Positions 12,258 through 23,339 of a stretch of 64,000 nt of DNA are shown here, in pieces (the stretch's first letter is position 1; each line of letters starts with the position of its first letter). The position numbers were made by a program, and so were the translations under genes. Under the pieces are notes generated by a model, which was not told the origin of the DNA, searched no databases, and saw only the letters and a program-made list of their open reading frames with translations. The DNA is from Azolla caroliniana (Eukaryota; Plantae; Polypodiophyta): NCBI GenBank assembly GCA_043228905.1, contig JBHGNT010000015.1, positions 15,562,001-15,626,000 on the forward strand, written 5' to 3'.

Positions 12258-12279
12258 TGCTAAGTGCATAATCGAGGGG

Positions 12280-12465
12280 ACGACTAGAATTGGATGAATT
12301 TTTGTATTTGTAGTAAATCAATCGCCCCCCTTGCACTTCTTCCACGATCAACATGAAGTTGTCTTCCATAATCACGATGTTTGAACTCTCCTTTGCAACT
12401 TCTATGCCTTGAATGCCCATAGCAAGACTGACATCTGCTTCTTGGATCGTTGATGCATCATAGTT
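12280..12465 (-). pseudogene. Fragment of a P2B-type Ca2+-ATPase (ACA family)
   Basis: YDASTIQEADVSLAMGIQGIEVAKESSNIVIMEDNF...GR...QKFIQF matches the ACA hinge motif NDAPALHEADIGLAMGIxGTEVAKESSDIIILDDNF..GR..IQKFIQFQ. Frameshifted and isolated. Confidence 0.85.
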
Positions 12466-13292
12466 GTGAAAGTTATGCACTCTAAGCAATTGGAACATAT
12501 AGTTTTTCCTTAACCTTTTCTTTTCTTTAGGTTCAAGGGCCTAGGAAAAAGTGTGAGTGAGGGTACGTGTAAATGGGTGTAAATGGGAGGAGAAATAGAA
12601 ATACTTCTAAGCTCCCTCTAGGCTCTTGCTCTAAGGAACACAATGTGGAAGAACCCTTACATAACGTTTATAGTATACTATTATATCCATGTCTCTTTTA
12701 TATTTGGGAGGGTATAAAGGTTTACAAACATTACCTTTATGCAACATTGGAGGTGAGATGCCTAATAGATACTTATATCACTCCTCGATTAGTGTGTGCA
12801 CAATCTCAATGGCAGTAAGGGAGGTGCCACCAGGCCAAGTGGCAACGGGGAGGAGGTAATTTGCTCAAGATCAATGAAGATGTGAAAGAAGGAAGCATTG
12901 GGGGGTTGGTGGGTAGAGAGTTAGATGGCTAACCACCTTGAATGTGACATCTTCGTTTCATTAGGAAATTCCTTGAAAAGGATAAGATCTATTTTGGATA
13001 ATCTTTTATTGGTAGAATCATTCTTGAATATCAATCTTAGGCTTTGTGATGAATAAGTTTTGCCTCTATATACACCCTCATAAATTTTTTTAGAAATTCT
13101 AGGTAAGGGAGGGAATTAGGCATGACATGAAGGGGACTATAGCACGTGAGGATGAAGTGGGGGTTCGTTGGGTTGGAGGGGGACATTGATGATGAAGAGA
13201 TTTATAGAAACAGGGGAAATCTTGAATCTAGCTAGAGTGTTGTGTTACAACAAGGGCATGGGTGAGGCAAATCAAGCGGTATGATTGAAAGA

Positions 13293-13920
13293 TTACCATT
13301 CATCATGAGGAATAGGAGGTTACCAACAAGACATGTGTATATATGGCATGAGTGGAGAGTTGTTGGTTATCAACGTCGTTGCCGACAACAATATCAACTC
13401 GAAGAAGCAAATAAGAAAAGTATACAAAAATATTAAGAGAAGAGTGTACATGTACTAGTTGTGAATGGTCACCAACCTAATTTTACTAGCTTGGCTTAAC
13501 TTTTGTAGATTTGAGTAGTTCTAAATTCGTAAGCTTACCATTCATCACGAGGAATAGGAGGTTACCAACAAGACATGTGTATATATGACACGAGTGGAGA
13601 GTTGTTGGTTATCAACGTTGTTGCCGAGAACAATATCAACTTGAAGAAGCAAATAAGAAAAGTATAGGGAAATATTAAGAGAAGAGTGTACATGTACTAG
13701 TTGCGAATGGTCACCAATCTAAGTTTACTAGCTTTGCTTAAATTTTGTAGATTTGATTAGTTCTAAATTCGTAAGCTAAGAACATTTTATTGTGCCAAGC
13801 TCTTGCTAAATCAATAGAGTGCATAATCATAACAATGTCTCGAGCATTTCGTAAGCTAAGAACATTTTATCGTGCTGCTAAATCAATAGAGTGCTCAATC
13901 ATAACAATGTATCGAGCACT
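13293..13920. repeat. Two adjacent tandem duplications: 242 bp x2 (13293-13777) and about 75-80 bp x2 (13768-13920)
   Basis: TTACCATTCATCA...TTCGTAAGCT starts at 13293 and 13535; TTCGTAAGCTAAGAACATTTTAT...CGAGCA starts at 13768 and 13848. Confidence 0.9.
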
Positions 13921-14388
13921 TTCTTAATTCGAACTTTAATTTGCCATGTCTGGCCATATTATCAAACCAGCTCTGTGCGATCTATTGTCGCGCATTGAAC
14001 AATGCTAGTGAATTCTGAATGATACCATTCAAAGTTTTATTACGTTGCGATGTGATTAGGAAGCCAACTAGAGACATCGTATCGAGAATAGAAGGAAACA
14101 AGGAGCGCATGAATCGATGAGTGTCTTTCGATTTGTTTTCGTTCAATAGGAGGCGTACAAGTCGTAGCTAGGTAGGGAGCAAGAGGTAGCTCCTCTCTAC
14201 CTCACAAAAGCAGAACATAACAAACTAAAAACATGAGAAAAGAAAGCAAAAATATGAGATATGTTTTTTTTTTTGTTGTTGTTGTTGGTTTGTAAAAAGC
14301 AGGCCCCAGGCCCAATTATAAAAACAAAATAGACAATAATAAAGAAATAATGAAAAAAATAAATAAAAATAGAGGGTGGATGGGAAGT

Positions 14389-14727
14389 CACGTGCATGTG
14401 GTGTGGAGTCTCACTCTCAGATTGGACGAGGAAAAAGCTGGCGGCACGCCGTCACGTGACGGGCTCAGCTGTCGACACGTGGCGATCGATCAGGCGAGCG
14501 TAGAATCTCCTTCGCGAGTAAATAGGAGTTTTCAGATTGAGAATTAAATTTTAAATTTCGTTTTATTTGTTTTTTTTTCCCTTTTGTTTTTGTTTTGTTT
14601 TTCTTTCTGTCTTACGTGTAGCGAATGAGATGAAGAATCGTAGAGAAATTAACTAATTAAATCAAGAATTGCAGTGAATTCATTTAAATTATTAGACACG
14701 TGCGACGCCCTCCTCCTGCCACGTTTA
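14389..14727. promoter_or_regulatory. G-box/ABRE cluster upstream of the 15192 gene
   Basis: CACGTG at 14389, 14453, 14476 (ACACGTGGC) and 14697; TACGTG at 14613; GCCACGT at 14718; reverse CCAAT at 14421. Confidence 0.55.
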
Positions 14728-14896
14728 TGTCTTTTTTTTTTAAACAATTTAAAAATCTAAATTTATTCTTTTTATTTGTTTTTCCAGAAGTCCCTACAAT
14801 TCCTCGTCTCTTTTTTAATTTTTATTTCTTGTTTTTTATTTTTCCTTCTAGACATTCGCCAAATTATTTTATTTTCAAATTATTCAAGATTAAACA

Positions 14897-14929
<33 letters not shown>

Positions 14930-15191
14930 CGTATATGTACAACTGATCTGGTCCTGACCGTAATTAGTAAGCCAAAAAAATAACTGTTCTCGTTAATTGT
15001 CTGATTTCGTTTTCCTTTAATTTTTTACAAATCCTCTTTTATATATATATATATAATCTCCCGATTCTGATTAGGGCTTAATCAGACTGCTTAAACGCAC
15101 TAAATCTCCCTCCTTTAATCTACCTAGTGATTGATCCCCCCCCACCCCCTTCTACAAATCTAATTAAATCTATCTAAATCTAATCCTTCCT

Positions 15192-15537
15192 ATGGATCTC
15201 TGCCCACCTCTCTATCATAACAGCACTCCTCCTCCTCCTGCTCCTCCTCCTCCTCCTGCTCATCCTGCTATGGCTTCATCCTCGGCGGCCCTCCATCTGG
15301 AACAAATCCTTCCGAGCCGAGCCGATCGGATCATGTCCCGCTATCGGCCCATAGCTCCCAAGCCATCATCATCATCATCATCATCAGCACACCCCATAGT
15401 AATGGCCCCCCACCTCCTGCCAATCTCCATATCCTCCTCCGAATCCATCTCCACATCTTCTGTCTTCTTCGAGTGCCTCTCGGAGACCCACTCAGCAGCG
15501 GCCAACATGAAAAGATCATCAATGATGATGCCTCCAT

Positions 15538-15588
<51 letters not shown>

Positions 15589-17201
15589 CTACTACTACTA
15601 CCACCATTGATGACCTAGCCGAAATGACCGCCCGGAGATTACCAGATATAAGCAACACATCATCATCATCATCATCATCGAGGAGACGGCCTTCTTCTTC
15701 TTCTTCTTCGAAACGGCCGGCCTCCACCTCCTCTCCTTCTCCTTCGGCCGAAGCCATGGTGCACCGTGCCCCCAAGCGAATGGCCATCGCAGCCCCCTCC
15801 TTTAGTACGAAGAAACAGGGCCATCTTCCGGACAAGGAGATGTGGAAGTACATACAGGGAGATGGCCATGGCCATGGCCATGGCTATGGCTATGGCTATG
15901 GCAGGAACTATGGATGCGAAGAGGAGCCTCTGGAAGACGGTGATATAGGATTCATGGAACGAGCCGCTGCTGCGAGTAGGGCCTTGCCTTCATCCTACAA
16001 GAATCACAACATGTTGCCTGGTCTCCATGGCATTTCTTCTACTTCGTCTCCACTCGGAAGAAGCCGATCTCGGTCTCAATCCCGTTCGGAGCAGAGCTAT
16101 GGGGGAGGGTGCTTTGCCGAGATGCTGCGAGGAATTACGGGGCTTTCCACCGCCTCCCATGTCCATAGCTTGCTTCAGCAACAAGGAAATCAACAGCAGC
16201 ATAGTACTAATAGTAGTCATCATCATCATCATCATGTAATGTCCGCATGCCAGACAGGGACATCATCAGTGCTCGATTCTTCGCATCCCGGAGCTTTTTG
16301 TCTTGTACCTAGTGTGTGCTTTAGGGCGGCCGGCATGCCGAGCCCAAACCCTAACCTGCAAGAGATGAGCCCGAGCCCGAGCCCGAGCCCAAGCCCAGGG
16401 GCCGTCTTGTCATCGGTGGCCTCAGAAGATCAACACAGTGGATTGGAAGAAGAAGTCCATGGAAATGAGGAGAAGAATTATGGTAGCAAACCAGCCGCAA
16501 GCACCACCACACTGCGTAACCTCCTTCCGGAAGATCCAATATCATCATCATCATCGGCTAGTAGTAGAAATCTACAAGTCAATCCTCCTCCTCCATCATC
16601 GAGAGCCAGAGATGGTGTGATTCTTCCACGGGCCACGCGGTTAGTCGGCTCATTAGTCAGCTCATCGGTTCGCTTGGAAACTATAACTGATGTGGAAGCT
16701 GCAGGTCCATCTCCATCTTCGCAAGGCAGCGAAGAAGAAGAAGAAGAAGGTACATTCTTTATCACAAAGCGCCGCACTAGGACCACCACAAGCATGGATG
16801 TGGTGAAGGAAGAATTGGAGCAAGGGAGCAATCCTGCATTGATTGCCGACGAATCAGGCTTGGTGCAATGGGTCAACACGGCATATGAGCGCATGATCGG
16901 GCAGCCCGAGTACCCATGGTTAACATGTACTCTGAGCCGAAGGAACGGATCGGTACTTGGATCGGCCCGTATTGCGAGCAGTGTCACACTGTCTTGTAAT
17001 GTGGCCATCCCGCCACATTGCACCTCCTTCTCGGGGTGGGCCAATATCCGATGGACCACGAAGTCTAGTAGTTGTAGCATCGCAGTGCCGTGCGATGTCT
17101 CGTCCCTAGGGCTAGCCAACAATAGACGAACCTTGGTTTGGAGGTTTGATATGGAGGCAAGTCTTGGCCTTTCTTCTAGCTTTAATGGAGTTAGGAGATA
17201 A
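15192..17201 (+). CDS. Plant-specific uncharacterised protein with an N-terminal IMxRYRPIAPKP motif and a conserved, PAS-like C-terminal domain (probably the DUF7950-type family)
   Basis: Open 669-codon frame in unique DNA with AT-rich flanks. Motifs DRIMSRYRPIAPKP, VILPRATRLVGS, PALIADESGLVQWVNTAYERMIGQPEYPWL, VPCDV, LVWRFD. The start could be 15192 or 15270. Confidence 0.85.
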
Positions 17202-18201
17202 TGATAACAAAAAAAACAAAAGAGGTGAATTTGACTGCAATTTGTAGCCAAATCCTAGTTATGAAGCCATATATATATATGGACAGAGCTTAATGAGACA
17301 ACATCCTTTTAGCTTACTAATCATGGCCATATGACAAAAAGGGGCTCTTTCATGGCCATGACAAGAGGCTATTATATAACAAAAAAGGGGGCTCTTTTGT
17401 GTCATTATGTATATATAAGAACAAAACAAACAGAATGCTAATTGGGGTCTTTTATACTTTTTTTTTACTTTCATGCTTAATATACTTTTTTGACTCTCAT
17501 GGTTTTGTTCCATTTTAAGTCTCTTTTCCATAATCTTTATGTTTGTTCCATTTTAAGTCTTTGGGTTATGCATTTCCATAATCTTGTGTTAAAAGTGGTG
17601 GTATGTATAATGATATATTTGCATAGCTAATAAAAACTTCGTAGAGTGCCTTTTGCAAACTTCATCTTGATCTAATATAACCATGAGGCATGTATTCACC
17701 TTTAAGCAATTGCATGGATGTTACAAAAACCATGTACAATTATCTACATTCTCATTATCAGCAAAGTTCCTAATATTTACATACATCCAATTTGGTAGAC
17801 ATATATGAATGTTTGTATACGTTCGTGTATAATACGCGATATTCATTTTCCTCTTCTTATTTTAGGTAATGAGTTACAAAGTTACAACACTCTACTGAGA
17901 AACTAAGGAGGCCACACGAACGACGAAACGAACATGACGCGCCAGCTCTAATTTTTTCTATTTTTTTAAAAACATAGAAAAATAGAATTAATAATAAATA
18001 TAAATATAGACGAATAGATTTCAAATCATACTTGGAGCCATTTCATGTAGGAGTATGATACGAATATTCACGTATGAGTGGCACAAATGGGAAGTATGGC
18101 TAGAATGAAAACAAAGAAAATAGGAAATAAACCTCTTGTAGCATCAATATCAATATTGTAAAGAAAATTCCCAAGATACATAAAATTTAAAAAGACGCAT
18201 C

Positions 18202-18431
18202 GAGTTTCACAAATTTGTCTACAAGCCCTAAATTTCACTCAATATATCTAAGGAAGCTTCTTTACAGCCCAATTGTGGAGTTCCACAAATTTGTCTACAA
18301 ACCCTAAATTTCACTCAAAATATCCTAGGAAGCTTCTTTATATCCCAATTGTGGAGGTCCACAAATTTGTCTACAAACCCTAAATTTCACTCAAAATATC
18401 TAAGGAAGCTTCTTTATACCTCAATTGTGGA
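18202..18431. repeat. 76-bp tandem repeat x3
   Basis: GAGTTYCACAAATTTGTCTACAA...AGGAAGCT...CAATTGTG starts at 18202, 18278 and 18354. Confidence 0.92.
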
Positions 18432-18459
18432 CACCACAAGTCTGCACTCCAATTCCATG

Positions 18460-18460
18460 A

Positions 18461-18531
<71 letters not shown>
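18460..18531. repeat. Compound (AT)n(GT)n(GA)n microsatellite
   Basis: Read directly. Confidence 0.95.
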
Positions 18532-18532
<1 letters not shown>

Positions 18533-18536
<4 letters not shown>

Positions 18537-18600
18537 TGTAGCTCAGTTAGTAAGGTTGTCCAATGAAGACCAAAAGTTCATGGGTTCAACCCTTACCTCG
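18533..18600 (+). other. Degenerate tRNA-like / tRNA-SINE head
   Basis: GGATGTAGCTCAGTTAGTAAG (A box) and GGGTTCAACCC (B box) at tRNA-like spacing, directly after (GA)n. Confidence 0.5.
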
Positions 18601-19713
18601 AGTAATAGAGAGGTGAGAAAATTGGATCTCTAACTTAGAACATAGGGCTAGTAGTCTAACAACTTATTTATGTGTGTGTGTGTGTGAACATAAGTGAGAA
18701 TGGTGCTTGAAGTGAAGATGTAGAATGAATGGGTGAAACGTTTGTGTAGAGAGAGAAGAGGGGTTGAGTAGCATTTACATGCAAACTAAAAGTAATCATG
18801 AACAATATGAAGAGGTAGGGTGTGTTGAGCTCAAGGCATGTGATGTCTGTGCAGATGTTATGGAAACAAACTTTGTACCAAGTGATGAGCAACAATGGAA
18901 CCATTTGAAATGTATGGCCAATGCTTTGAAATTGTGTGAAAGAGAATGTTTGATGTATAGAAAGAAGTTGGTGAAGAGGATGTCATTGAGATAGAGGTAG
19001 ATATTAAGGATGTGTCATGATCATTTTCAAACTTTTTTGATAGTGATGTGATTTCATCTTAATAAGTAAAATATCATCATTGTATTGGGTTAAACAACGG
19101 TTACATGGAATTTTGTACATGTTCATTGAGAGAAGTCTTGTACATGTTGTGCCTTAGAGGCCTTTAGTAGGGTATTAAGAAATCCTTAAACAAGAGTCTA
19201 GTCATTATTGCAATCAATAATGGAGAAGTTGGGTGGGTAGAAGTAGAATGCCACCATTCAATTATATGGTCATTATTGCAATCAATAATGGAGAAGTTGG
19301 TAAGGGTTTTGGTGCCTCCACAATACATAAAGATCTGTATTCTTTGGGATACATAAAGAGAATGACCTACTTGGTTGAGAATAAGTTCATTGGGTTTATT
19401 CAATGTATATTTAAGCTTACATGTGATACATTTGTGGGAAAAACAATTTATGCGAGGTATTAGGTCATTTTGTATAGTCAAAATATTAAATTTAACCTTG
19501 GTTTTAAAAAAAGGTTAATTTTGTTGTACATATATTATTTCTCTTACAACCTCAAGACGTTTATTAGTACTAATATGGCATCGTTTTGAAAAAAAAGGTG
19601 ACAACATGGAATATGCAAGTGGTTGATTGGTTCCCATTTTGAATTGCACAAGTTGTGGGATGATCTAATTTCTAGTCAATCATCTATTTTATCTATGGTA
19701 GAGACCAAAATGT

Positions 19714-20291
19714 TGTGAGGAATCATTCTCGGCCACAACCGAGATCCAAACACTCAATGGAATAAATAAAATAGAAATGAAGAATGATACACTCACACAG
19801 TAATGAGACAACACCGTATGTTTATGTGAAAAACCTCGAAAGGCAAAAACACGGGAGTTCTCAAACTCCAAACAGGATCACTATCTGAGAGAGATACTAC
19901 AATGCGAGACTCGGAGGCAACGACCTCGAGCTCTATCTTCGTCAACCGGCAGTTACAACAAAAAAACTTTTAGTATCTCTCTCACTCTCTGCCTCTGTCT
20001 ATCTCTCTCTGTACAACAATAACTCACTCTTCACACACTTTTCCCTATAAAACTATTATTGGCCTAGTTATATTTATACTTATATAACTTTAGGGCTATT
20101 TACAAATATGACCTCAACAGTCACGTCCGAACATATATATTAATATGTCCCTACTTCTCGTTCACACCGGATCCGTCCGGATACCTTCCGGATCCATCTA
20201 GTCCGATTTCCGGATGCCTTCCGGATCCATCCGGTCTGGTTTCTTCCTCCGGCTCATCCAGTTCCCATCCAAAGGGACCAGTTTCCCAACA
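19714..20291 (-). mobile_element. Solo LTR (copia-type), 578 bp
   Basis: TG...CA termini, 5-bp TSD AATGT (19709-19713 and 20292-20296); similar to 57727-58313. Confidence 0.85.
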
Positions 20292-22113
20292 AATGTTGCA
20301 TCTATTTTTTCTATTAGGAATTTTCACCTACTTAGGCAAGAATAAATACTAGTGATTATTCGAGCATTTTGATGTTTAGATCTTTATCAACCATGATTCA
20401 TGATAAGAGATACTTGTAGTTAATATATTGTGATTCAGATATCATATGAAAGACAATTGATATGGATAGTTAGTATGCCATTTAATATATCAAGAGAGTG
20501 AAGATTATTATGGTAGTAATTGTCCTTTGCTCTCAACTATGAATGACCAAGGTTGTTTATGGGGATTTTGTGAAGTATCAATGTCCATTCATTCTATGAT
20601 GGATTCCCTAGAGTTGAAATCTAGGGGACAATTAGAGGTGGAGATTTCACAAGGGGATGTATGGTTGGATTCATGGCAATAATCTTGGTTATGTTTTTGA
20701 ATCATCGCAAACTTTTATGATCAGGTTATTCTTACCATTTCCCACTAGTGTTGGAGCTTCATCATCAACCCATGAATTAGTTTGCTAAGAAATTTAGGGA
20801 CACAGGTATTAAGATTCAATTCCTTTTTCTTTATCATGATGTTTTCCATAATACTACTTGAACTCTCAAACCATGTCCAATTTGATGGTTATGTTACATG
20901 AGGGGTGTTTGTTGATATAGATATACATACAAAAAGGGTCTAGATATTATGAAACCCGTACTTCCTCCTCAAGGAGACAAAATTTATGTGCCTTGACTTG
21001 ATGGATTGATGTAATGTATGCTAGTTTATTGGCTAAGGGATGAAGAATGCCTAACATGTATATTTTAGAGGACCGCCATTAGTCATTTCGAACTTGTTAC
21101 GAAGTTCGTCCTTGGAATTGTTCATAATATGTACACAAGAAGAGATGAGTAGAAGATCATCTACGTAGACTCCTATAATGAGCACATTGGGATTTTTAGG
21201 TCTAGTGCAAATGTTAGAATCGGATTTCAACCTAGAGAAACCTATTCCAAGTAGAAATTTACGCAGGGTGTAGTACCAACTTCTAGGTGCTTGTTTTAAT
21301 CAATAGAGTGATTTTTTAAGTCTACAAACCCAATTTGGGTTTAAGTATCCTTGTGGTTGTGACCTGGGAATTTTTTTGATGGGAGTCATGCTCGTCAAAG
21401 GCCATTTTGCCCGTAAAAAACATACACCTAATAAAAATGTCCATCAAGTGACATATAAAGTTTAAATTTCCATTTTCATGTGAAAGGCCCCTAAAAATTA
21501 TACATGTCAAATGACATGCCAAAAATTTATTTTCCATGTCACATATATTATATATATGTCACATATTATCATATAAATATATGTATACATACTATTAATT
21601 GCGTATAATAATATATTTATATTATATGTTTTTTTATAAGAGGCTTAAAATAATATCATTATCATGTAATAATAATATATATTCTGAAATCTTTATTTTG
21701 TATTCATAATATTAGTTGAAATTTGATTGAAATTTTAAACAATAATCTTTATTAAATACTTTAAGAGTGTAAACTGTAGGTTTGATTTTAATGTTTTACA
21801 TTTTAAGTTAAAACTAAATTTTTTTACTTACCTTTTTTTTTTTATTAGCCTTTTTTTTCATACTTATTTGTAAAAACAATAACACGATATTTATTTTATG
21901 TATTTCAATATTATCTTTTTGAGGTAGTTATGCTAAATTATGCATCTTTGTGTACCTTGTATAACAATGTAGCTTTATATAAAGCTTTTCATTTTTTTTT
22001 AAATGACATGTTAGTTTTTGCCATTTTATGTCATATGACATACATCGTTAAAAAATGGCCGTCAAGAAACTTTGATACTAACCCATCAAATGTAGGCCTT
22101 GGTTGTGACATAT

Positions 22114-22135
22114 TATATATATATATATGTATATA

Positions 22136-22201
<66 letters not shown>

Positions 22202-22210
22202 TGTATGTAT
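22114..22210. repeat. (AT)n(ATGT)n microsatellite inside the old copia RT
   Basis: Lies between codons LEE and MSQP of the copia RT. Confidence 0.9.
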
Positions 22211-23339
22211 TCTTCTAGAGTGCCATTTAGGAATACGTTTTTTACGTCGATTTGATGAATATAGAAACCTAGATATGCAACAATGGCTATAGTTGTATGC
22301 AATGAATCCATGGAAAGAATGGGTGAATAAATCTCCAAAAAATCTTGATCGTATACTTGAGTGAAGCCTCTTGCAATTAGTCATGCTTTGTGTCGTTTGA
22401 TAGATGGGAGAAACAATGTGTGACCTGCACTATCCGCTTACATGTTTGCATCAGAGGTAAGATCAGCAAGAAACTAATCATTTCTTGTGAGATACAAAGA
22501 TTTATTTCTTGTAGGAAACATATCTTAATTCTTGCATGAAACAACTGATTCAATCATCATTTCTTGTAGGAATTACAATGTTTCCCTTATTTATGTTTTT
22601 TTAGTCCTTCTAACATGTTTTAAGAGTTTCCAATTTGGGGGTTAGGCTCGTTTTCACTTCAATAAGTTGCATTTTTCCCTTCATTTTCTGAGTTTGAAGG
22701 TTTCGATTGGGCTAGGTTTGATAATATATTGACCTTACATTGTCGATGAGGATGATAGTTTTCCATTAAGCTTTTCCATTTTGTTGAGGGTTATAAACTA
22801 CCTTGTGCTGATGTATTATGTGGTTTTCTTGCATGTACTCTTTTGTTGAGCGAACAAGCTCAACCGGATCCGAATCGGCATCCGGAAGGATGAGCCGGAT
22901 CGGTATCCGGATGGTATCCGAAAACAACCGGCCGGATCCGAGCGGGAACCGGAAGCCTAGTAGTAGCCTAGACTACTAGGTGATCATTGTCTCGTAGTTA
23001 GTTTCAGTCGCACGTGTGAGCATTGAAGTACCTGTCAGTCCTTTATGGACTTGTATAAATAGTGTTGTTTAGCACATTGTATGTACAGAGTGTTAGAGTT
23101 AATTTTTGAATATAGTTTTATGTTCTGTTCTGCTCCCTTTGTCTCCTTTGTGTTTTTAAGCTTTTCCATTAAACCTTCATCTCATTTTCTGTTGCTATCC
23201 GACTGAGCTGGTTTTGTCTGACGCTTCCGCACATTAACATTCACATGGTATCAGAGCGCGAGGGTTGAGAACCTCTGCAGCCGACATTTGCTTCCGTAGA
23301 TGAACCCTAGAACTCAGTAACAACAAATAGAGAGAAGAT

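Noticed and set aside
16478-17251. 257-aa antisense ORF overlapping the 15192 gene
   Set aside because: Shadow frame of the real gene with no independent motif.
18202-18431. Regularly spaced repeats resembling a CRISPR array
   Set aside because: Whole 76-bp units repeat with no unique spacers, there are no cas genes, and the context is eukaryotic.
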